DNA of 64,000 nt from Synergistaceae bacterium (lineage in GTDB: Bacteria > Synergistota > Synergistia > Synergistales > Synergistaceae): NCBI GenBank assembly GCA_031289775.1, contig JAITOY010000002.1:28337-92336 (forward strand). The letters run 5' to 3'. The translations under genes and the position numbers were made by a program. Positions 45,316 through 54,532 of this stretch are shown here, piece after piece (position 1 is the stretch's first letter; each line of letters begins with the position of its first letter). The notes beneath the pieces are model-generated. The model did not search any database. It was given only the letters and a program-made list of their open reading frames with translations, and had not been told where the DNA came from.

Positions 45316-46515
45316 ATGAACATTACCCCGCGCGGGTGCGTCAGCATAGGCGGGGAGCTTGCGCATGGTATGGAGGAGTGCCGCGCCAGGACGCTCGGGC
45401 TTTTTACGTCCTACGGGTACAACCCCTTTAATCCTGCGGAGTTCCAGCTTATCGAGGGCACGATGAAAAACCTCCACCGACGGAGGAGCGGGCGTATCAT
45501 CGCCGTCAACAGTCCTTTTGGCGAGCCCTGCTGCCTGAGGGCGGATATAACGCTGTCCGCGTTATCATACATGGCGCTTCACCACGCTCCGGAGGAGTTC
45601 CCGCTCCGGCTCTGTTACGCGGAGCGCGTTTTTGCGTCCCCGAAGGCGCCGAAAGAAAATCTGGAGGACACGCAGGTGGGGGTCGAACTTCTTGGCTGGG
45701 AGGGTCTCGGCGCGGACGTCGAAGTAATCACGCTTCTGTTGCGCGCCCTCGACTCCCTCGGGCTGAGCGGCTCCGTCGTCGTTCTCGGCGACGCGTCCAT
45801 CGCCCCCGCGCTTTTCTCAGGCCTGCCGGGAAATCTCGCGGACGTTCTCGTCGACTATCTCCAGGAGGGCGCATACTACGACTTCGAGCGGACTCTGGCA
45901 AGCGCGGACGCGCTCTCCGATCATGACAAAAAAATCCTGAGCGAGCTTCCGTCGCTCAAGGGAACGATAGACGTGCTGGATTACGCGGAGGATCTGTTTG
46001 GGGCGCGACGCCTCATGAAACCGCTCAGCGAAATTTGCGGCGCGCTCGGCAGGCTCGGCCTCGGAAGCAGGGTCAGGATAGACCTTGGGTTCATCAGGGA
46101 TCTTGGCTACTACAATGGCCCAATGTTCAACGTCTATTCGTCTCCGGACGGCGTCCTGCTCGGCGGCGGCGGCAGGTACGACGGGTCGCTCGCGGACACG
46201 CGTTTTTATTGTCAGGCCGTCGGTTTCGGTGTCAGCCTGCGCGAGCTCGCCCTCGCGCGCAAACCAACCGCAAGGGCGGAGCGACTCATGATATGGTCGG
46301 GCGGAGCATATCCAGACCGCGCTCTTTCTTACGCGTCGTTGCTCGCGGACAGAGGCGTCTCCTTTGAAATTAGCTGGAACCCGGATATGGAGGCATCGAA
46401 AAAATTTGCCCTCTTGCGCGGATGCAGTTGGTGGGTGGACGTAGAGTCGGACGTCGCGCACGAGCTGCCGTCGGGCAGGCGTCTTGCGGCGCGAGAGATA
46501 CGGGGGACTGCGTAA
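45316..46515 (+). CDS. hisZ: ATP phosphoribosyltransferase regulatory subunit (HisRS-like paralog)
   Basis: It has a class II aaRS-like core without an anticodon-binding domain (…LRADITLSALSYMAL…GGGGRYDGSL…). It precedes a short-form hisG. The start is taken at ATG 45316. Confidence 0.7.
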   Translation: MNITPRGCVSIGGELAHGMEECRARTLGLFTSYGYNPFNPAEFQLIEGTMKNLHRRRSGRIIAVNSPFGEPCCLRADITLSALSYMALHHAPEEFPLRLCYAERVFASPKAPKENLEDTQVGVELLGWEGLGADVEVITLLLRALDSLGLSGSVVVLGDASIAPALFSGLPGNLADVLVDYLQEGAYYDFERTLASADALSDHDKKILSELPSLKGTIDVLDYAEDLFGARRLMKPLSEICGALGRLGLGSRVRIDLGFIRDLGYYNGPMFNVYSSPDGVLLGGGGRYDGSLADTRFYCQAVGFGVSLRELALARKPTARAERLMIWSGGAYPDRALSYASLLADRGVSFEISWNPDMEASKKFALLRGCSWWVDVESDVAHELPSGRRLAAREIRGTA

Positions 46516-47165
46516 TGCCCATAATGGCCCTTCCCACAGGACGTTCGCTGGACTCCTGTATAGAGGTAATAGAGGGCGCCGGCCTTCCTTCGAAAAACCT
46601 GAGGAGCGTCGGACGAAATCTTGTTGTGGACGAGGGGGGTTACAGATACCTCCTCGGGAAACCGTCGGACATACCGACGCTCGTTTCGCAGGGGCTGGCG
46701 GAGCTCGCGCTTGTCGGCAACGACGTGACCGACGAGTCGGAAGTCGAGTTGACCGAACTGCTCGACACTGGCAGGGGTCGCTGTTTCATGGCGATAGCCG
46801 GTCCTCCGGAGCTTACGCTTCGCTTTGACGGACACGCCAGCAGCCTCATGGGACTCAGAGTCGCGAGCAAGTACCAGCACAGCGCGCGCCGCACGTTCGA
46901 GTCGTGGGGCGTCCAGGTGAAGATACTCCACCTGAACGGCTCCGTCGAGCTCGCCCCGGCACTCGGTTTCGCGGACTGCATCTTCGACATCGTCCAGACT
47001 GGTGGAACGCTAAAGGCGAACGGGCTCGCCGTCATAAAACGCGCGCAGGACGTCTCGCTGCGTCTCGTTGCTAATCCAGGGATCCTTCAGCTCCGCTGGG
47101 AGACGCTTCGCGGCACGGTGGAAGCCATGAAAAAATTTGTAAACGCGCGACAAACGGAGGTCTGA
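46515..47165 (+). CDS. hisG: ATP phosphoribosyltransferase, short form
   Basis: MPIMALPTGRSLDSCIEVIEGAG… matches the short HisG fold and lacks the C-terminal regulatory domain. The start overlaps the hisZ stop (TAATG). Confidence 0.8.
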   Translation: MPIMALPTGRSLDSCIEVIEGAGLPSKNLRSVGRNLVVDEGGYRYLLGKPSDIPTLVSQGLAELALVGNDVTDESEVELTELLDTGRGRCFMAIAGPPELTLRFDGHASSLMGLRVASKYQHSARRTFESWGVQVKILHLNGSVELAPALGFADCIFDIVQTGGTLKANGLAVIKRAQDVSLRLVANPGILQLRWETLRGTVEAMKKFVNARQTEV

Positions 47166-47170
47166 GTCGT

Positions 47171-47749
47171 ATGTATACTGTCAACAGGAACACGAGGGAG
47201 ACCAAAGTGGCCCTTTCCGTCTCGCATCCCGCTCCCTCGGGGAGCAGCCATGTTAGCGTGGGCTGCGGTTTTTTGGCCCACATGCTTGAACTTATGGCTC
47301 ACCGCGCGAAACTTTGCCTGGAAGTCGAGGCTTCCGGCGATGCGCACGTCGACGCTCACCACATCACAGAGGACGTGGGCATCGTTTTCGGCATGGCGCT
47401 CAAGAAGATGCTCTCCTCGACAGAGTCGCCGCGCAGCAGGTACGGCTGGTGCCTCTTGCCGATGGACGGCTCGCTCGCCCGAGTCGCGCTCGACCTGAGC
47501 GGCAGAGGGGGGCTTTATTGGGAGGGAAACTTCCCGACGCACAGGTGCGGCGACTTCGACCTCGAACTCGTCCCGGAGTTCTTCCGCGCGTTCTGCCGTG
47601 AGTCGTGCTCGACGCTGCACATAGCCCTGATAACCGCCGACAACTCGCACCACGCTGCGGAGGCCGTCTTCAAGGGCTTTGGGATAGCGCTCGACATGGG
47701 GCTCGCGCCCTCACAAATCGATCCAAGCACAAAGGGGGAGTGGATATGA
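47171..47749 (+). CDS. hisB: Imidazoleglycerol-phosphate dehydratase (monofunctional)
   Basis: The IGPD motifs are RNTRETKV, HMLELMAHRA, DAHHITEDVGIVFG and HHAAEAVFKGFG. Confidence 0.85.
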   Translation: MYTVNRNTRETKVALSVSHPAPSGSSHVSVGCGFLAHMLELMAHRAKLCLEVEASGDAHVDAHHITEDVGIVFGMALKKMLSSTESPRSRYGWCLLPMDGSLARVALDLSGRGGLYWEGNFPTHRCGDFDLELVPEFFRAFCRESCSTLHIALITADNSHHAAEAVFKGFGIALDMGLAPSQIDPSTKGEWI

Positions 47750-48462
47750 TAGTCCTCCCCGCCATAGACCTCTACGACGGGAAAGTCGTGCGCCTCAGCA
47801 AAGGAGATTTTTCCAAAAAAACGGAGTATGGCACGGACGCCCTGGAGGCAGCGCGCGCTTATGCCGGGCTCGGCTGTACAAACCTCCACGTCGTCGACTT
47901 GGAGGGGGCAGAGTCAGGCTCGCCGAAACACTTGCGCGTCCTTCGGAAAATAGTGAACCTGGGGCTCGAAATAGAGTACGGCGGCGGCCTCCGGGAGCGA
48001 AGCGCGATACGAGACGTCCTGTCGGCCGGTGCGGCGCGCGCCATACTCGGCAGCCTTCTATTTAAATCGGAGGACGCGGCCGGCGCAATATTCGAGGAGT
48101 TCGGGAACTCCGTCCTGCCGGCGATAGACGTGCGAGACGGCAAAGTAGCGGTCTTTGGCTGGGCGGAGAGCACGGGCTATGCGCCAGAGTCATGCCTCGA
48201 CCGTCTGTCCGCTGTAGGTTTCAAAAGGTTCCTGGTGACTTCCGCGGACAGGGACGGCATGCTAGCTGGCCCCGACATGGAGCTTATAGGAAGTCTTATC
48301 CGCGCCCCCCTGGAGATAATCGCGGCGGGCGGCGTCACGACGTTGGACGACATAAAAAAACTCAAGGCTGCCGGCGCTTTCGGCGCCGTCGTGGGCAAGG
48401 CTCTATACGAAAGCGGTTTTGACCTCGCGGCCGCTCTCGAAATAGCGGAGGATGCCCGATGA
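47746..48462 (+). CDS. hisA: 1-(5-phosphoribosyl)-5-[(5-phosphoribosylamino)methylideneamino]imidazole-4-carboxamide isomerase
   Basis: MIVLPAIDLYDGKVVRL… plus the C-terminal GG…GAFGAVVGKALYE. It has a 4-nt overlap with hisB. Confidence 0.8.
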   Translation: MIVLPAIDLYDGKVVRLSKGDFSKKTEYGTDALEAARAYAGLGCTNLHVVDLEGAESGSPKHLRVLRKIVNLGLEIEYGGGLRERSAIRDVLSAGAARAILGSLLFKSEDAAGAIFEEFGNSVLPAIDVRDGKVAVFGWAESTGYAPESCLDRLSAVGFKRFLVTSADRDGMLAGPDMELIGSLIRAPLEIIAAGGVTTLDDIKKLKAAGAFGAVVGKALYESGFDLAAALEIAEDAR

Positions 48463-49103
48463 TGGACGTTTCACCGGATTTTTCGGAGGCGATAAAAAAA
48501 ACAAAGTTCGACCGTGACGGCCTGGTGACGGTTGTAGTCCAGGATTCCGACACTGCCGAGGTTCTCATGGTCGCGTGGGCGAACGAGGAGGCGCTGCGCC
48601 TCACTGCGGAGCGCGGCGAGATGGTCTTCTGGAGTCGTTCGCGCAACGAGATATGGCACAAGGGCCTCACAAGCGGCAACAGGCTGAAGGTTCGCGAGAT
48701 CAGGCTTGACTGCGACGGGGACGCCCTGCTGGCCTTGGTCGAACCCACAGGCCCCGCCTGCCACACCGGCGAGAGGAGCTGTTTTTTCAAGAGAGTCCTC
48801 GAGGTTGGCGACTCGGACGCTGGGACATTCCTCGGCAAACTCTTCAGATATCTAGAGACACGCTCAAAGGATTCCCCGGAGGAGAGCTACACGGCACGGC
48901 TTCTTGGCATGGGTATGTCGAGGGTCGCCCAGAAAGTGGGGGAGGAGGGCGTAGAGACGGCGCTGGCCGTAGCGACAGGCGACGCCGCAGGCTTCCGCTA
49001 CGAAGCCGCCGACCTGCTCTACCACCTGCAAGTAGCCTGCATCGCAGCCGGCGTCCCATTCGCCGATATTCTGAAGGAGCTGAAGTCGCGGCATAAGGCG
49101 TAA
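48459..49103 (+). CDS. hisI: Bifunctional phosphoribosyl-AMP cyclohydrolase / phosphoribosyl-ATP pyrophosphatase
   Basis: The HisI part is GLVTVVVQD…VWANEEAL…WSRSRNEIWHKG…CDGDALL. The HisE part is a MazG-like helical C-terminus (…YLETRSKDSPEESYTARLL…EAADLLYHLQV). Confidence 0.8.
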   Translation: MMDVSPDFSEAIKKTKFDRDGLVTVVVQDSDTAEVLMVAWANEEALRLTAERGEMVFWSRSRNEIWHKGLTSGNRLKVREIRLDCDGDALLALVEPTGPACHTGERSCFFKRVLEVGDSDAGTFLGKLFRYLETRSKDSPEESYTARLLGMGMSRVAQKVGEEGVETALAVATGDAAGFRYEAADLLYHLQVACIAAGVPFADILKELKSRHKA

Positions 49104-49160
49104 TCGGGGATATACGCCGTGACTGCCGGCGCCGAAAACCCTCATGCGCAACGGAGGATT

Positions 49161-50444
49161 CTATGTCTTCACGATCTGCTTCCTGTGTTCAGTCGTCTTC
49201 GAAATTATCTCGTCCCTGTCCATTGTGAGATATCTGCCGTCTTTGTACAGGATTTTGCCGCCGACTATCGTCGCGCGGACGTCGCGGGACGATCCGGCGT
49301 AGACGAGGAACTCCGGCAGATTCGTCACGTCGGCGCCGACGTATGCCGGGCCGGCGATGTTGACTAGGGCGAGGTCGGCATGCCAGCCTTTTTTGATCAA
49401 GCCGACGCGCTCGAAGCCCATGCCGGACGCGCCCGCCACAGTCGCCATCTTCAGAACCTGCCGGGCGGAGAGAAGCGTCGGATCCTTGTGGTATCCCTTG
49501 TGCATCAGGGCGGCCGTGCGCATCTCGTCCCAGACGTCGAGTCTGTTGTTGCTCGCCGCGCCGTCCGTGCCCAACGCCACGTTCACGCCTTTCTCCAGCA
49601 TCTGTTTAATTGGGGCGTAACCGCTGCCCAGCTTCAGGTTGCTCTTTGGGTTGTGCACGAGCGTCACGTTGTCACGCTTAACCCTGTCGAGCTCGTCGAC
49701 CGGGTGCCAGACACAGTGGGCAAGCAGAAGTTTTGGAACGGCTAGCAACCCTGTCCCCTCGAGGTAGTCTGACGGCGAAATTTTATATTCGTCGCGGAAC
49801 GTTTCGAGTTCGCCCTCCGTTTCGAGCCAGTGGAAGTGGACGCCGAGTTTTTTGTCTCTGGCGATCGAAGCTATTTTTTCTATAGCGTCGCGCGGGACAG
49901 TGTAGGGAGCGTGGGGGCCAAGCTGAACGATGATCCTTCCGTCGCGGCCGTTAAACTCGTCGGCCAGCGCCAGATTTTCGTTGAGTTTTTTCGAGTCGTC
50001 GCCGGTGATTCCGCGGCAAAGAGCGGCCCTCATGCCGGCGCCGACCGTCGCGGCCGCTACCTCCCTCATGAAGTAGTACATGTCGGCGAAGCACGTCACG
50101 CCGCCGGAGATCATCTCGAGCAGAGCAAGTTCACCGCCGGATCTTATATGCTGGGGCAAAAGCCTGTTCTCGACTGGGAAAATCTTCGTCTGGAGCCACC
50201 GCATTAGGGGCAACTCCTCGGCGAGCCCGCGCAACAGCGTCATCGAAACGTGCGTGTGAGAGTTCACGAGCCCGGGAATTGCCGCCGTGTAGCCGCCTCC
50301 ATCGAAGAGGCGCTCGCCCTTTGCGCTTTTTGGCGGCAAAATCTCCGAAACAAGACCGCTGTCATTTATGACTATATCGCCGGCCTCGGCGTTTTGCCGT
50401 TCGCTGTCCCAGATGAGCACGTCACGTATTATGGACACTCTCAA
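49161..50444 (-). CDS. Amidohydrolase-superfamily deaminase (MTA/SAH deaminase MtaD-like)
   Basis: HxH metal motif (NSHTHVSM), …HAPYT…, HWLET/HFHW, …LGTDGAASNN…. It is transcribed ahead of ahcY on the same strand. Confidence 0.6.
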   Translation of the reverse strand: MRVSIIRDVLIWDSERQNAEAGDIVINDSGLVSEILPPKSAKGERLFDGGGYTAAIPGLVNSHTHVSMTLLRGLAEELPLMRWLQTKIFPVENRLLPQHIRSGGELALLEMISGGVTCFADMYYFMREVAAATVGAGMRAALCRGITGDDSKKLNENLALADEFNGRDGRIIVQLGPHAPYTVPRDAIEKIASIARDKKLGVHFHWLETEGELETFRDEYKISPSDYLEGTGLLAVPKLLLAHCVWHPVDELDRVKRDNVTLVHNPKSNLKLGSGYAPIKQMLEKGVNVALGTDGAASNNRLDVWDEMRTAALMHKGYHKDPTLLSARQVLKMATVAGASGMGFERVGLIKKGWHADLALVNIAGPAYVGADVTNLPEFLVYAGSSRDVRATIVGGKILYKDGRYLTMDRDEIISKTTEHRKQIVKT

Positions 50445-51715
50445 GCCCTCCAGTCGTTGAGGTATTTTTCCTGCTCGGCCGTCAATTTCTCAAGCTTCAG
50501 TCCAAGCGACTCCACCTTGTAATTCGCGACTATTTCGTCCAGGAAAGCCGGAACCGGCTGTAAGCCTTTTTTCAGGTCGGCCCCCTTCGCGATGTAAAGC
50601 GCGGAGAGGAGTTGGGTCGCGAAGCTCGTGTCCATGATTTCGACAGGGTGGCCGTCGCCGGACGCGAGGTTCACCAGCCGCCCTTCGCCCAGAAGATGCA
50701 GCCTCCTGCCGTCCCGAGCCTCATATGTGCGGATGCCCTCGCGGGACTCGTACACTTTCGCGGCCATCGTCTCGAGATCGGGGATACTGACCTCGACGTC
50801 GAAGTGCCCGGCGTTCGCCAGGAAAACTCCGTCCTTCATGCGAGCGAAGTGCTCGCCTCGGATGACCCGCGAGTTGCCTGTGACTGTCACGAAAACGTCG
50901 CCGACCTCGGAGGCCTGCGCGATGTCCATGACTCGGAAGCCGTCCATGTGGGCTTCGAGCGCCCTGTGCGCGTTTATCTCCGCGACGACGACGCTCGCAC
51001 CGAGGCCGTCGGCCCGCTTCGCCACGCCCTTGCCGCACCAGCCGTAGCCGATGACCACGGAGGTTCTGCCTGCTATGACGCAGTTTGTAGTGTTCATTAT
51101 GGCCTCCCAGACGGATTGTCCGGTACCATATCGATTGTCGAACAGGTACTTGCTCAGCGCGTCGTTCACGGCGAGCATTGGGAACTCGAGAAGCCCCTCG
51201 GCGTCCATGGCGCGAAGGCGCTTTATGCCGGTCGTAGTCTCCTCGCAGCCGCCGAGTATTTTGGGGGCGAGGCCGCGGTGCTTGTTGTGAATTAGCGCCA
51301 CGGCGTCCGCCCCGTCATCGATCAAAACGTCCGGTTCCCATGCCAGCATTTTGGCGAGGTTCTCCTCGTACTCCTCCGCGCTCATGCCGTGCCTGCTGAA
51401 TACGTGGACGCCGTACTCGGCGAGGGCCGCGCAGATCGGATCCTGAGTGGAGAGCGGGTTGCTCCCGGCCGCCGAGACCGTCGCGCCGAGATCCTTCAAC
51501 ACCTTCAGGAGACACGCCGTCTTCGCTTCAAGGTGGAGACATGCGGCCACAGTGCGCCCCTCGAGCGGTTTTTTGCCGCCGGCGAGCTCTTTCTCCTTGA
51601 TGAGCCTTATGACTGGCATATATTGCCACGCCCAGTCGATCCTCGCTCTCCCTGCCGGGGCGAGTCTTATATCGGCGACACCGTATTCCTCTCTTTTTAG
51701 ACCTTTTTGCTCCAC
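50441..51715 (-). CDS. ahcY: Adenosylhomocysteinase
   Basis: It has the NAD-binding GYGWCGKGVA motif and conserved SAHH blocks (…CLHLEAKTA…DDGAD…). Confidence 0.85.
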   Translation of the reverse strand: MEQKGLKREEYGVADIRLAPAGRARIDWAWQYMPVIRLIKEKELAGGKKPLEGRTVAACLHLEAKTACLLKVLKDLGATVSAAGSNPLSTQDPICAALAEYGVHVFSRHGMSAEEYEENLAKMLAWEPDVLIDDGADAVALIHNKHRGLAPKILGGCEETTTGIKRLRAMDAEGLLEFPMLAVNDALSKYLFDNRYGTGQSVWEAIMNTTNCVIAGRTSVVIGYGWCGKGVAKRADGLGASVVVAEINAHRALEAHMDGFRVMDIAQASEVGDVFVTVTGNSRVIRGEHFARMKDGVFLANAGHFDVEVSIPDLETMAAKVYESREGIRTYEARDGRRLHLLGEGRLVNLASGDGHPVEIMDTSFATQLLSALYIAKGADLKKGLQPVPAFLDEIVANYKVESLGLKLEKLTAEQEKYLNDWRA

Positions 51716-51829
51716 GTCCGAGTCCTCCCTAAAAATGAATGGCGTGCATTTTCATATTGCTATATTACCACTTTAGCCATCTGATATAATTGGCTTGCAT
51801 AACGAATTTGCGCGTGGAGGGACGAATTT

Positions 51830-54502
51830 ATGCGTTCAATAAAATGGAGGAGCTCGAAGGAGCTTCGCGAGCTGTTTTTATCATACTTCGAGGGACATGG
51901 ATGCAGGCGATACCCGAGCTTTCCGCTCGTCCCGGATGATCCTACGCTTCTTTTCACGGTCGCCGGCATGGTTCCTTTCAAGCCTTATTTTCTCGGGTTG
52001 AGGACGCCCGAGGTAACGCGAGCGACCACGTCGCAGAAGTGCATTCGCACGAACGACATTGACAACGTCGGGCACACCGCGAGGCACCATACGTTTTTCG
52101 AGATGCTAGGGAACTTCAGCTTCGGCGACTACTTCAAAAAAGAGATAATCCCCTGGGCGTGGGAATTTATCACAAGCCAGATCGGGCTCGACCCTGGTCG
52201 CCTGTACGCGACGATATACCTCGACGACGACGAGGCGCGCGATTTCTGGCGCGACCTTGTCGGTCTGCCTGAGGACAGGATAATTCGCCTCGGCGAGGAC
52301 GACAACTTCTGGGCGGCCGGCCCGACGGGGCCTTGCGGCCCATGCTCCGAGATATTGTACGATCAAGGGCCGTCGTATTCCTGCGGCAAGCCCGGCTGCG
52401 GCGTCGGGTGCGGTTGCGACAGGTACCTCGAGATATGGAACCTCGTTTTTATGCAGTACTCGCGCGACGAGGCCGGCGTTCTCTCGCCGCTGCCGAAAAA
52501 AAATATCGATACCGGCATGGGCCTCGAACGCCTGGCGAGCATCGTGCAGGGCGTGAGGGGAGACTTCGAGACCGACCTGTTCAAGCCTATAATGGACAAG
52601 GCCTGTTCCGTGGCCGGCGTAAAATATGGCGACTCGCCGAAATATGACCTCGCGATGCGGGTCATCTCCGACCACTTGAGGGCGTCGGCCTTTATGATCG
52701 CGGACGGGATTCTCCCGTCGAACGAGGGCCCAGGCTACGTCCTGCGCAGACTGATCAGGCGCGGAGTCCGTTATGGGCGTCTCACCGGCGTCGACCGCCC
52801 GTTCCTGCTCGAGCTGCTGCCGGCGGTAAACGAAATAATGAGCGACCCATACGGCGAGCTGATCGAATATTCGTCCACGATAAAACAGGTGCTCGAGCTG
52901 GAGGAGTCCAGATTCGGCAAAACCCTTGCGCAGGGCATGGAGCTTTTGGAGAACGAGCTCGGAAAGTTAGCTCGCGAAGCGGGCAGAAGCAGCCTCCCGG
53001 GCGAGCTCGCCTTCACCCTGTACGACACGTTCGGTTTTCCGCTGGAACTGACGGAGGAGATAGCGTCGGAGGCCGGCGTCGACGTCGACAAAAACGGCTT
53101 CGACGTCGAGATGGAGCGGCAGAGGGATCGCGCCCGCGCGTCGAGCAAGCAGAGCGCCGCGGTCATATCGGCAAATGTTTACACAAGGCTCGCGGACAGG
53201 CTGGGCCCGACGAGGTTCGACGGCTACGAGACGACGAGCGGCAGCGCCGTCGTGTCTGCAATAGTGTCGGATGAGCGCGTGGTGGAGTCGATAACCGCGG
53301 GCGAGTCCGCGACGGTTTTTCTGTCGAACACGCCCTTTTACGCGGAGCGCGGAGGTCAGGTGGGGGACAAGGGAGTTTTGGGGATTTTCGGCGGCGACCC
53401 CGCGAAGGACGTGCGCTTCGAGGTGGATGACGCGGTATACTCGAGCGGCGAGACGATAGGGCACTCAGGCAGGCTCGCGGCGGGCGAGATTCGCCTCGGC
53501 ATGACCCTCGACGCGCTGGTCGACGAGGATAGGCGCAACGCGATCAGGCAGCATCACACGGCGACACACTTGCTGCACGAGGCGCTCTCCCGGGTGCTCG
53601 GCAGCCACGTTCGCCAGGCCGGCTCTCTAGTCACGCCGGCATTCCTGAGGTTCGACTTCAACCACTTCGCGCCTCTTTCGACGGACGAGATTCGCGACGT
53701 GGAACGCTTGGTTTACGAGCAGGTGCTGCGAGCCATCCCTGTGACAACGAGCGTCATGAACTATGACGAGTCGAGGAAAAGCGGCGTGAAGGCACTGTTC
53801 GAGGAAAAATACGGCGACGTCGTCCGTGTTCTGGATATCCCGGGTTTTTCGACGGAACTTTGCGGCGGTACGCACGTCGGCAACACAGGTGAAATAGGCG
53901 TCGTCAAGATCATAAGGGACGAGGGCATAGGATCCGGCATCAGGCGCATAAACGCCGTCGCCGGCTTGATATCGCTGCGCCTTTTGCAGGAAGCGCTTTA
54001 CACGATGAGGCAGCTCTCTGAGCTTTTGGGCGGCGACGTAGACTCGCTCGCGTCGAAGGCAGAGGATCTGTTGGAGGAGAAGAAGGTTCTCGAGCGAAGG
54101 AACAGAGAGCTTCTTCTGCGCGGCGCGTCGGAGGACATAGAAGCCCGCCTGAGAAGGGCCGTAAGGATAGGGGATCTCGCGCTCGTCGTCGATAAATTCG
54201 ACGGCATCCCGAGGGACATGCTGCGACAGATCGGCGACAGGATAAAGCAGGTCGAGCAGAACTCGGTCGCGCTGCTGGCGGGCTTGGAGGACGGCGCCGT
54301 ATCCCTCGTCGGGATGGCCTCGGATAACGCGGTGAAAAAAGGAGTTCACGCCGGCAACCTCGTGAAGGAGGTCTCGGCGATTATTGGCGGAAGCGGGGGA
54401 GGCAAGCCGGCCACAGGCCAGGGCGGCGGCAAGGACGCGGCCAAGCTGAAAGAGGCCCTCGACGCGGCGGAGGATATAGTGAGGGCTCAACTGTCGAAAT
54501 AA
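51830..54502 (+). CDS. alaS: Alanyl-tRNA synthetase
   Basis: The class II AlaRS N-terminus is FLSYFEGHGCRRYPSFPLVP…FTVAGM. The editing-domain HxxxH/CxxxH Zn motif is HTATHLLHEA…CGGTH. The C-terminal DHHA1-like domain ends in GGGKP. Confidence 0.9.
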   Translation: MRSIKWRSSKELRELFLSYFEGHGCRRYPSFPLVPDDPTLLFTVAGMVPFKPYFLGLRTPEVTRATTSQKCIRTNDIDNVGHTARHHTFFEMLGNFSFGDYFKKEIIPWAWEFITSQIGLDPGRLYATIYLDDDEARDFWRDLVGLPEDRIIRLGEDDNFWAAGPTGPCGPCSEILYDQGPSYSCGKPGCGVGCGCDRYLEIWNLVFMQYSRDEAGVLSPLPKKNIDTGMGLERLASIVQGVRGDFETDLFKPIMDKACSVAGVKYGDSPKYDLAMRVISDHLRASAFMIADGILPSNEGPGYVLRRLIRRGVRYGRLTGVDRPFLLELLPAVNEIMSDPYGELIEYSSTIKQVLELEESRFGKTLAQGMELLENELGKLAREAGRSSLPGELAFTLYDTFGFPLELTEEIASEAGVDVDKNGFDVEMERQRDRARASSKQSAAVISANVYTRLADRLGPTRFDGYETTSGSAVVSAIVSDERVVESITAGESATVFLSNTPFYAERGGQVGDKGVLGIFGGDPAKDVRFEVDDAVYSSGETIGHSGRLAAGEIRLGMTLDALVDEDRRNAIRQHHTATHLLHEALSRVLGSHVRQAGSLVTPAFLRFDFNHFAPLSTDEIRDVERLVYEQVLRAIPVTTSVMNYDESRKSGVKALFEEKYGDVVRVLDIPGFSTELCGGTHVGNTGEIGVVKIIRDEGIGSGIRRINAVAGLISLRLLQEALYTMRQLSELLGGDVDSLASKAEDLLEEKKVLERRNRELLLRGASEDIEARLRRAVRIGDLALVVDKFDGIPRDMLRQIGDRIKQVEQNSVALLAGLEDGAVSLVGMASDNAVKKGVHAGNLVKEVSAIIGGSGGGKPATGQGGGKDAAKLKEALDAAEDIVRAQLSK

Positions 54503-54532
54503 TTAAAAAACTTTACTAAATAAAGGGGATAG

